Source of the DNA: Rhynchobatus australiae
Taxonomy: Eukaryota
Assembly: GCA_034780895.1 (NCBI GenBank)
Contig: JAUZTB010000062.1
Location: 14,021,478-14,085,477, forward strand
Length of the DNA: 64,000 nucleotides
Direction: 5' to 3'
Numbering within the stretch: position 1 is the first letter of the stretch; every line of letters begins with the position of its first letter. This document shows positions 29,801 to 41,800 of this stretch, piece after piece. The position numbers were made by a program, and so were the translations under genes. Under the pieces are notes generated by a model. It saw nothing but the letters and a program-made list of their open reading frames with translations, was not told the origin of the DNA and did not search any database.

Positions 29801-32800
29801 TCTATAAGCCAACTTAGCAAAGAAATAAACCCAAGCATGAATTAATGAATCAAGCAATACAGGAGCATCTGCTCTGTTACCTTTCTTTGGACGGCTTTGA
29901 GATTTTCTCTTGCTGTATCACTTCTGGCTGTTTTGTAACTGGCAGATTGACCTTTAGTGGGTGTCTGTTTGGCTGAGTCTTCACTCTTGCCCTTACTGCT
30001 CTTTGAAACACCAGTAGCTCTGGCCTTTAGGTCCATTTTTGGCTGATGTTTTATTTTTTTCTCTTCCCTTGCATTGTCAGAATCCACATTACTGTGCTGA
30101 GACGTTGATGCCACATTCAGCTCTAGCATCCTGTCTGGGACCACAGGCTTTGACACACCCTCCACATCAGCAATGGGTAGCATTTTACATTTTTTTGGAG
30201 AAATTATTTGTTCATTTTGACTCTTCTTTCTTTTTCTTTTCTTTTTTTAAAATTTAAGAGCAAGAAGAATGATTTATTCCAATATCAAAAGAATTTTGGA
30301 AAAATTAAGGCTCATTTATAAAGTATTATTTCAAATACCAATGTTTTCTTATTTGTTCTTTTGTATTTTACTGGAGCCAAAAGGTTTAATAACTATTGTT
30401 TTGTAAACTGAAATTCGCATAAACTCATCTCCATACTCTGCAACTGGATCCTCAACTTCCTGACCAACAGACTGCAATTGGTGAGGACAAGTTGCAACAA
30501 CTCTTCCACGGTTATCCTCAACACCGTGTCTTCAGCCCCTTACTTTACTCCCATCCAGGACTTTTTTTTCATTGAGCAGTGAATTTACAGCTGGAGACCA
30601 AGTAAGAAAGCACATGTTACTGATTCAGATATGAAGGTAATGGTGACTCAAATGATTGTGCTGTTGTTTGGAAGCACATTACTGCCTCTTGTAATACATC
30701 ACAAGACCAGGTAGACTTGGAGCCCAGTGCTGTTGGGACCTGAAAGGAGGTTGAGGAACAGTTTGGTATTTGAAAAGTTTTTAAAAAAAGCCTACTATAC
30801 TTCTACACAACTATACCTCTGATGAACTTTTGATGTCTGTGCTATCTTCTGTGGAACTATCCAAGGAAGAAGTCGCTGCTTTGGAATCATCTTGTAGACC
30901 TGCTCGATTCTGATTTTTATCAGGTGCTGCCTGTTTTTCTTCCACGGGGAGGTCTGGTTCAGCAGCATTTTCTGCTGTTTTGTTACTATCTGTGGTGAAC
31001 AAACATCATACTGTAAGCATGGGACATAACATTTGAAGACTAATTTAAAAGCAAGACTCCTTTAGATAAAACACCAGTACCTAATGACTTAAAGGGCATT
31101 TGAACAAGTTTTTTCCTCCCCCAAAAACAATGGGTGGCGGGGATATGGAATGAGCTGCCAGAGGAAATGGTAGAGGCAGATACAATAAGAAAATTTAAAA
31201 GACATTTGGACAGGTACATGAATAGGACAGGTTCAGAGGGATATGGGCCAAATGCAGACGAATGGAATAGTGTACATAGGCATCTTAAAGTCGGCATGAA
31301 TGAGTTGGGCCAAGGGCTCATTTCCATGCTGCATGAATCATGAATCTAAAAATGCGACCTGTTTTTCATGCAACAATTGCACTTTGAAAGAATTTTGCCC
31401 TGTTTTGATGTGTGTTCATTCTCTGCGGAAGTTCCTCACATTGAGAATTTGGACTGAGCACTTCATATTGCCATTCAACCTAACAGTAGTTTCATTTTCC
31501 TGTCATATTTCCTGCCAATGATGACATCATTAATATACTGGATTTATTTTAAAGAAACTGGATGATAGTTTTAAGAAATGGGATGAAAAGATCCTTACTT
31601 CAGAAATAACTCAAAAGAGTGATTAAAAACACTACAAATGCTGGTAATTTTAGGTGAAAAGAAAATATTCAGTGGGTCCAGCAGCAACTATGGATACAAA
31701 ACAGAATTAATATTTCAGCTCAATAATCTATTAGAACTCAGAAAACAAGCATGTTTAAACTTCCAGAGAAGGGGGAGGGATGGGGAGATGGAGGAAACAA
31801 AGGGAACATTGATAGAGTGGAGAACAAGAGAAAGTAAATGATACAAATTTGCAGTTGATGAGGAGAGGGTGTTGAAAACTTGCTAATGCCAGCTAAACTG
31901 TCTGGAGGAGGTGTGTATAGAATGACAGAAGTGTGAAAAATTCTGCTTGATTTGTAAGATACAGAACACAGCAGTTGCTGGAAATCTGAAATGGAGAATG
32001 CTGAGAAAGCCCAGCAGGTCAGGCAGCAACTGTGGAGAGAGAGAAAAAACAAGGAATTACATCAGAACTAGCCGGGACAGAAAAGCTTTTTGAGCATCTT
32101 CCTTCATTTCAGACTTTGGTGATGGTAGCCCAATGTGATGATGNNNNNNNNNNNNNNNNNNNNNNNNNNNNNNNNNNNNNNNNNNNNNNNNNNNNNNNNN
32201 NNNNNNNNNNNNNNNNNNNNNNNNNNNNNNNNNNNNNNNNNNNNNNNNNNNNNNNNNNNNNNNNNNNNNNNNNNNNNNNNNNNNNNNNNNNNNNNNNNNN
32301 NNNNNNNNNNNNNNNNNNNNNNNNNNNNNNNNNNNNNNNNNNNNNNNNNNNNNNNNNNNNNNNNNNNNNNNNNNNNNNNNNNNNNNNNNNNNNNNNNNNN
32401 NNNNNNNNNNNNNNNNNNNNNNNNNNNNNNNNNNNNNNNNNNNNNNNNNNNNNNNNNNNNNNNNNNNNNNNNNNNNNNNNNNNNNNNNNNNNNNNNNNNN
32501 NNNNNNNNNNNNNNNNNNNNNNNNNNNNNNNNNNNNNNNNNNNNNNNNNNNNNNNNNNNNNNNNNNNNNNNNNNNNNNNNNNNNNNNNNNNNNNNNNNNN
32601 NNCACAGACAATCCCACCACTTATAATTGCCCCCTGCTATTTCAGAAGGCAGTTAATATGCCACTTCTAGTAAGAAGGGCAAATTTCCTTTCCTGCCAGA
32701 TGCTTGTGAAGAAGATAGCTCTTTCTGTTTCAGCATCGTGGCATTTCATGGTTAATGTTACTGTTGCTAGATTTCTAATTCAGATTTGCTTCATTACATG

Positions 32801-35800
32801 AATTTAAGTTCCCCAGCTGTCCTGGCGGAATTTGAACCAATCTCTTGGTTAAATGGTCCATCCCTCTGCATATTCATCATTAACCACCACTCCACCCTGT
32901 CAGCTTGGCCCAGGTGTGACACAAAAGCTATCTTTTAATCCACAATGTATCCCACTACTAAAAAAGTTCTTTACCTCATGGTAATGTATTCTCATCTGCA
33001 AACAGACGAATGTAGTGGCTGCACATCAGACTGTTTCTGCTCAACCAGAAGCAGAATACAACACCTCAGCTCTACTGTATTGTCAATTTGACATAAGAGA
33101 CTCAAGTTCAGCTTCAAGTCCATGGTATGCCCTTGTGATATCAAAAACCTATTTTGCCCTGACCTTTCATCATGAATCCTTTCAATATGTTGCTCAAATA
33201 AAGCTTATCCTTTAACTTAAAATCAGTATGTGAATCAGGTTTTAAGATATCTGAATGTCACCTTCAGCAGAATTGTCAAGTTGATTGGAAGCATGGGGCT
33301 CCGTTGAATCTTCAGCCAGTAATTCCATCTTCCGAACAGCATCTTTAGGCCGAGGAACTGAGTTTTTTTTCTTGTTTCTGTTTTTCTTTCCGTGTTTATT
33401 CTGCCAAATAACCCATTGAAGACAAATGAACAACCCAGCTCAGATAAGCAACTATTAGATGACATATACTTAAGTAGATTCCATTTTTGAAAGACAAGAA
33501 ATATTATAGTACACTGTTCCTGATTAGAAGTACAAAATATGGGAAATAACAGGGTGTAAACAAATTGAACAACTTAAAACAAAGACCTCAAACCATTTTT
33601 AATGTAGAAGTCAACTTGCTGGGGCAAAATACACAGGCAATGTTACAACTAAAATATGTTTGTGGTTTAGTTTTGTTAAAGCCTTTTGTTTCACATCAAA
33701 GCAGCAATTGCCATGTAAATTCAAACTGAATCCATTGACACGGTTTTCACCTTGCATGCAACAGAACAAGGTGCTGTCTCCAGGCATGAGCAAACACACA
33801 GCACTTCACTTTTGGCCATCTGATCTACATACTTCAGATGTAATTGGCAAGAGTAAAAATGCCAACATTTCTTTAACCTGCCTTTATGCCTGCAGTGTAG
33901 TCTAATGCTACGTGAAAGTTGGTTTCCATTTTCAGCAGAGATTTCCAGAAAAAGGAACAGGATCGATTCTATTCAATTTCAATCTTCCTTCAAAGGATCG
34001 TCAAGAACATTTTGCAACAATTTCCTCAAGATATATAAACATCTGAAAAGTTAAAAGTTGGTTGTGATGCTAGATTTCAAATCATTCTGTGGGATACTAA
34101 CATAAATTCTTAATGTAAATGATTTTTTTCTTGATTCTCTTAGTAGCAACATTAATCATTTAAAGTAATACTTTTGCTCTGATGGAAATGCAGTCCAATT
34201 ATGCTCTTATATCAGATCCTTGATCCTAAATAACATCTTAATACTGCTCTTCCATACATACCTTCCTTCTTTTTCCACCCACAAAATTAGTGCCGTTGGC
34301 TGTCTCCCTTTGGGAAGATGTGCTTTGTGCTTTGCCACCCAATCCATTAACTCCCTTCTCACTGCTCTGGCTTGTAGGTTCAGCACTGGATCTTCTGCGT
34401 GTTTTCTGGATGTCAGATACATTCTGCTCCACTGGATGAGCTTGAACGTCCATTACATCTAAGAACAGAAAATCTAATTGAAGAATCGCTATTCACTCCA
34501 TCAAGATTGCTCCATTCCATGTTAACAGGGGACCTAAAGTCTATGTGCTTGTATTTGCTGTCCTTGGACAACAGGATAAACTTATTGTTGCATTGAATGT
34601 ACCAGAGAACATATTGGATGCCCACCACTGCACTTTTTGTTCAAGTGACTGATCCAAGCCATTTATATAAATTATTTTAACACGGTTCATTTTAAGACAA
34701 TGCTATTTTTATCATCAGACCCGACCTGGAATATTAAGCATAGCCAATTTCTTTCACTGTAAATGTCTCAATACCCAGCATTTCTTAAAAATAACTTTAA
34801 TATCCACCTTCTGTGGTTTGTCCAGGATTATTGACCTCATTTTGGTGATTTACAGCCTCATCATTAGTGGAATCCACAGAGGATGTTTTCTCAGGCAAAC
34901 AAGGTGATTTCGCCAACACAACAGAAGGTTCATCATTTCCATTTTTCTTTCTATTCTTCTTCTTGCATTTCTGCATCACAAAAAAAAACCCTCTCATCAG
35001 CCCTGAAGCTTCATTGTTCTGTAACAGATTTGGTTTTTGTGAGCACAACATCAAAGTGTCACACAGTGTCAAACCAGTACTATACACTAGTGTTATAAGG
35101 GTCAAAGCTGTGCTTACCAGTATATCATATTTTCACACATTTCCAGGGCTATGTCCATGAGTACTACACCCCAGTATTACAAAATAATAGACCCTAGCCC
35201 ACCAGCTCTCTACCCACTCTATATGGAATCTACAGGCTTGCCAGACCTGATGCTTGACAGAGCAGGTTGGCATGTATTTAGGAATGCTACACTTCCTTCT
35301 GATGTTTGAGCATGGTCTCAATGCTCTTGGTCCTAGAGATTTTCAGCCAAAACCATCTGTATATTGCACAAGGTATCAGACTCCTCACTTTAGATAATTT
35401 CCAACAACCCTATCCTTGTACTGATCACTTTACACTTGTGACTTGACAACTTTGGGCTTGAAGCCACAGACTGAGCTCATATGGACCTCGAGCCACTGCT
35501 TCAGGACTTGATGCCAGAGAGCAACTCGACCAGAGTTGCATCGCATAAAGAGTCATGGGCTTGATGCAGGGGAATTACTCACGTAGCATCATTCAACATG
35601 AGCATCTCTAAATGGCACCCTAGACCTGTTCACTCATTCTCAACGGTTGAGCTCAAAAGGAGTTTATTTTTATGAGATTACAAACAGATCAGATGTCACT
35701 TCCAAAATCACATTACCTTCCTCATTGTGACACTAATTACTTTTTTCTCTTCAAAATTCTATCCCATTCCTTTTAAATACAACTCATCCCCGTGTCAATA

Positions 35801-38800
35801 ACTGCCTTTATTGAAGTACCCAAAACCTTCGTTCAAAAATCCTTCTCCCTTCCCTTTTCTTTCTTCCACGGAGGATCCTTGCCCTCCATCACCATTGGCC
35901 CACTAAAGGAAACAATCTGTCATTACTTATTCAGAGCAATAAGAAACAGAATGCAAGGAACAGGAGTAGGCCAATCAGCCACTCAAGCCCACTCCACTAA
36001 TCAATAAGATTAACATAGATCAAATCCCAAGCCATTTCCTGCTCTCTTCCTATTCCTCGATTCCCTTGTAGTTCAAATGCCTGTCAATCTCTGCCTTACA
36101 GGCAAACAATGACATCACTCACACACCTGTCTGAGGTACAAACTTGCAAAGTGTTACAATATTGGTGAAAAGAAATTTCTGCTTATTTCCATCTGCGTTT
36201 TCTGAAATTATGCCCCTGGGAAGCAGCCTTTCAGCAATCCATTTGTCAATTACCTTCAGAATCTTAACGTCCTCAACATTCACATCACACCTTTCCGGAC
36301 ATTGCTCCAGGTCTGTGGGAAGTGCTGAGCCCATAATGACTCCATTTTCCTCCTTGAGTACTCCAAGTATCCCTCTTGATCTGTCTTCCTCCTTCAAAAC
36401 AGAAGCACTCTCTTCCTCTCAGGAGTCTCATTCTCAACTCTTACTACCTGTGCAGTCTACTCCAAACCAGCATTGCACCTCTTGCCAAACTCCTCTCATT
36501 CAGTCTCTGGCTCCATCACCAGGGTCCCTCTGCTGCCTTTTGCCAACATTAACAGCTTAAAATAACACCTTTGCTATCATGGCGATGTGAGAATATTTAG
36601 ATCAACGTAATCATCTATGCCATCCTGTCCAGCCTTTGATTCCCGAATAACTCATCTTAGCACTGTTGCTCCATACATACCCCCTTTGATTGCTTTCCCG
36701 CCACAAAGTTAGTATTGTTGGCTGTCTCCTTTTGGGAAGATGAGTACTTGTTAGCAGCAGGTGCAGCTTCTGTTTTGCCATCCAATCCTTCAACACCCTT
36801 TTCCCCATCCTGGCTTGAGCGATTAGCATTGGATCCTNNNNNNNNNNNNNNNNNNNNNNNNNNNNNNNNNNNNNNNNNNNNNNNNNNNNNNNNNNNNNNN
36901 NNNNNNNNNNNNNNNNNNNNNNNNNNNNNNNNNNNNNGGCTTGAGCGATTAGCATTGGATCCTCTGCATGTTTTCTGGATGTACGGTACATTCTGCTCCA
37001 CTGGATGAGCGTGAATATTCATCACTTCTGATAACAGAAAATCACGTTGTAGAAACTCTGTTCACTCCACCAAGATTGCTCCGTTCTGTGTAACATAGGA
37101 CCTAATATCTACGTGCTTGTATTTGCTATCCTTGGACAACAGGATAAAAATATCAATTGAAATTATTGTTGCATTGAACTTATTAGAGAATATATCGGAC
37201 ATCCATCACAGCACTTCAAGTGACTAATCCTAGGCATTTATATACATTTGAAGCAGTGTATTCACCTATATTTCCAGTATTTTTAACATTGTTCATTTTG
37301 AGATGACCCTGTCTTATCATCAGACCTAATCTGGATATTAAGCACAGCCAAATTTTTTCACTGTAAATTTCTCAATATCTTGCATTTCTTAAAAAATGAT
37401 TTCAGTATCTACCTTCTGTGGTTTGTCCAGGATTATTGACCTCATCTTGGTGATTGACAGCCTCATGATTGGTGGAATCCACAGAGGATGTTTTCTCACG
37501 CAAACAAGGTGATTTCGCCAACACAACAGGAGGTTCATCATTTCCATTTTTCTTTCTATTCTTCTTCTTGCGTTTCTGCATCACACAAAAAAACCTCATC
37601 AGCCCTGAAGCCTCCTTGTTCTGGAACAGATTTGGTTTTGTGGATAGAATATGAACCAGTACCAGCACCATAGCAGTGTCACACAGTTATGGACCTGTGC
37701 ACACCAGTATTATAAGGGACAGAGCAATATTTACCTGTATTATAATCATAATTTCACACAGTGACAGACCTGTGCCCATGAGTACTGCACCCCAGTGTTA
37801 TATAATGATAGACTTTGGCCCACCGTCTCTTTACCAACTCTTGCAAATGGGACGACCAAGATGGATATTTTGGTTGGTGTGGACAAATTGGGCAGATGGG
37901 CCTGTTTCCATGCTGTGTTGCTCTATGACTCCCATGACTCTAGCCACTCTTGGTGGGATCCAGTCTTGCCACATATGATGCTTGACAGGACAGGTTGGGA
38001 CATACTTTGGAATGTTATACCTCCTTCTGATGTTTGAGTATGGCTTCAATACTCTAGTCCAAGAGATTTTCAGCCAGAGTCCTCTGTAGATTCGGCAAGG
38101 TGTCAGACTCCTCAGTTTAAAGAACTTCCAACAAGCCCTAACCCTTTCTTGATGTCCTTACACTTGTGACTTGACAACTCTGAATTTGGAACCATAGTCT
38201 CAGCTGACATCGAGTCACTGCTTCAAGACTTGATGCCACAGACCAACTTGACCAGACTGAGAAATCACATAAAGTGGCTTGGTGCAGGGGAATTTCTCAC
38301 GTCATCCTAAACTGCTACACTAACACCCTTAAACCACACTCTAGACCTATGTTTTCTGAAAGTATGTCCTGGGAAAAAGCATCTCAGCAAGCAACCTGTT
38401 AATTACCCACAGAATCTTAATGTCCTCAACCTTCACACATGTACTGCTCCTCTCTGGACATTGTTCCAAGTCTGTGGGAAGTTCTGAGCCCACAATGACC
38501 CCATTCTCCTCCTTGACCTCTCCAAGTATTCCTCTTGATCTGTCTTCCTCCTTCAAACCAGAAGTGCTCTTTTCCACTCGGGAGTCTCAATTCCACCAAC
38601 TCTTACTACCTGTTTATTCTACTCCAAACCAGCATTGCACCTCTTGCCAAACTCCCCTCATTCAGTCTCCATCTCCATCACCAGGGTCCCAAGTAAATTT
38701 GAAAAGTGGAAAGTTTATTATTCTGCTCGTCAGAGTTTTGGACTTTAAATTCTGTGGTATACTGACATACATCCTGAATAAAAAATAATTTTTTTCCTCT

Positions 38801-41800
38801 GCTGTCTTTTTAGCAACATTAACAGCTTAAAATAACACCTTTGCTATGATAGCAATGTGAGAACATTTAGATCAACATAATCATCTCTGCCATTCTGTCC
38901 AGCCTTTGATTCCTGAATGTCTCATCTTAGCACTGTTGTTCCATACATACCCCGTTTGATCGCTTTCCCGCCACAAAGTTAGTATTGTTGGCTGTCTCTC
39001 TTTGGGAAGACGAATACTTGTCATCAGCAAGTGCGGCTTCCGTTTTGCCATCCAATCCATCAACTCGCTTCTCCCCACCCTGACTTGTGGGATCAGCACT
39101 GGATTCTTCACATGCTTTCTGCTTAATTGGATGAGCCTCAACATTCTTCACATCTGATAACAGAAAATCAAATTGTGGAATCTCTATCCACTCCATTAAG
39201 TTTGCTCCATTCCATGTTAACATCGGACCCAAAGTCTATGTACTTGTACCTGCTGTCCTTGTACAGTAAAGGTCCAATTCACCAATTACACTCTACATTT
39301 TTCACTGAGTGTACAAGGGAATACGTTGGATGTTCACCGTGGCTCCATGTTCCTCCAAATGACCAATCCAGGCTATGTACATAAATCTGAAATAATGTAC
39401 CCCCAAAATTTCCAGTATTTTTAAATAAAGTTTGGGTTAAGTCTGTTCCACCATCAGACATAATCTGGACATTATACAAAACCGAGTTCTTTCATTGTAA
39501 ATTTCTCAGCATCTTACACTTCCTTAAATTAATTTTAATATCTACCTTCCGTGGCTCCTCGAAGAATGTCGGTCTCGTTTTGGTGACTTACAGCCTCATC
39601 TTTTGAGGAATCCACAGAGGAGGTTTCCTCAGGTAAACACGATGGTTTCTCCAACACAACAGAGGGTTCATCATTTCCANNNNNNNNNNNNNNNNNNNNN
39701 NNNNNNNNNNNNNNNNNNNNNNNNNNNNNNNNNNNNNNNNNNNNNNNNNNNNNNNNNNNNNNNNNNNNNNNNNNNNNNNCTGCTTCCTGTGTTTCTGAAT
39801 CACAAAGAAAATTCATCAGTCCCAAAGCCTCAATTCTGTAACGGATCTGGTTTTGTGGGTTGAATATGAAATGTCTGCCTTTTCTAATATAGACAGACAT
39901 ATTCAATGAAAACATCTATGTCTTGTTCAATAATGATTTTAAAAAGAGTGAATTGATATGTTAGCCTTCTTAGGTATAAAGCCAATGAAAACATTTGTGA
40001 GTTGTTCAGAAAAGAGATATTTTTCAAAAAGTGTATGATGTATTTAAACCTATTTAACTGTGTAGCGAGTGAGAATACAAGTGAATACAAGAGTGAAGCA
40101 AGACCAGGAATGTCTATTGATCCAATCCCCAGTGTATCTGCTATCCAGCTTCCACCTTTTGACTGATCTACCTTCCTCCTTTTGTTTCATACTAGATGGT
40201 AGCTTGCAAATCGGTCAAGTTTCAGGAGTTTTAATACACCAGGGAGCTTTACACCTTTGGAAATGTTACTTCGTAGTTGGAAGGTTAAAGCAAGGCACCC
40301 TTAGGTACATAGCTATCAAAGGCTCGATGGCAAAATTGCAAAGGACAGCATGCTGCTTTCGGTGTACTGATTAAATATTTATTTATCAACCAATATCACT
40401 AAAACAAATTGTCCAGTCAGTATCACACTGCAATAAGCGGGACTGTGCAATGCACAAACTGGCTGCTGTTTCATAACTACAACAGTGACTACGCTTGAAG
40501 TGTGCTTTGTTGGTTTGAAAGAGCCTTGGGATGTTCTGGGATTGTGAGAGGCATGACAGAAGTACCAAATTTACATTTTGAGCACTTGCCTTGATGCTGC
40601 AAGCTGCTCGGATTCAGTATGAATCATGGTCATCCATGCCCTGCAAGTGACATCAGATCACAATCCAACAACATTTATCAGCACTAAAAAAAAATGTCAT
40701 TAACCTGAAAATTAACTCTGTTCCTTTCTCCACAGATGCTGCTTGACTTGCTGAGTATGTCTAGCAATTTTTTGATTTCTTGCACCTATAATATTTTGAT
40801 TTTCTACATTTCAAATCACTTCATTCCCCTTCTGATCGGAAAGGAAAAAGAACTTTTGTTTGAGCAACTCAATTACAGGTTAATGGTCACCAGGACTCTT
40901 TTGGGCTACTGAAGCAGTGGTATACCCCTTGGCCAGAGGCGAACTTTTAAGACAATACTGCAATGGCATTCAGGAAAAAAAAACAACAAAATTCAAGGGT
41001 CCCTTTTTTCTAAAGGGCTTCTCCTTCTCAGAGGACAAATACTTCCCACTCCCCTAAATCACAAAGCTAGATGTACATCCTCCCTGAAAACAGGTGCCTG
41101 TCTTTGACAAGACTGAACTGTGTGTAGGTGGCTGAGGAAGAGATAGTAATTCAAAACATCCTACAGCCCATTGTGCCTGTAACAAGTGTCTCAACCTGCC
41201 CTTAAGAGGCAATGAGAGACCAGCATCCAACAGTAGAGTAGCCTAGTGCTATACAGTGATAAACCAGTGCCCAAGTGTTGTACCTCAGTGTTAAATGGTA
41301 ACAGACCTGTAACATCCAATACTGTAATAGCATTACATAATAGCATATCTTTGCTCACCCCTTGTTGTTCAGTGATGGAACTGTGTCTACCTGTACTATC
41401 AGCCTGCATTATAGAATGACAGGCCCAGGCCAACCAGTACTGTACCCCAATGTATCAACACCCTGTGCCTAGTCTGTCTGCAGCATAGGCTACATAGAAT
41501 GGGAGGGAAGGGAGCAGAGAGGGGTCGGTGACTGAAGGGGTGGGAGGACATTGAAGGAGGAAACTGAGAAGGATTGTGGACTGAAGGAAGAAGTTAGTGG
41601 ACAGGGGATGAAGTGATTATGGTAGGGGGGAGCAAGGAAGATGATGTGGACAAGTGTGTGCGTGTGTGTGTGTGTATGTGTGCGCGTGCGCACGCACACA
41701 CATATGCAAGTCCATGTGCATGTGTGTGGCAAATTTGTTTAGAACATCCCGGTCTTCAGTTGTCTAGGACCTCCTTGCCATTGCACCAAGACTTCATTAA

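Larger units (their letters stand above)
34030..39880. repeat. Local tandem triplication (about 2.1-2.6 kb units), each with exon A, exon B and intron sequence
   Basis: Visible homology 34210-35160 / 36620-37800 / 38890-39860; 35220-35585 / 37955-38300; 36255-36800 / 38408-39070. Confidence 0.9.

Noticed and set aside
26165-39880. Repeats as a CRISPR array or LTR retroelement
   Set aside because: No short repeat-spacer periodicity, no cas genes and no gag/pol; this is vertebrate intron-exon context.
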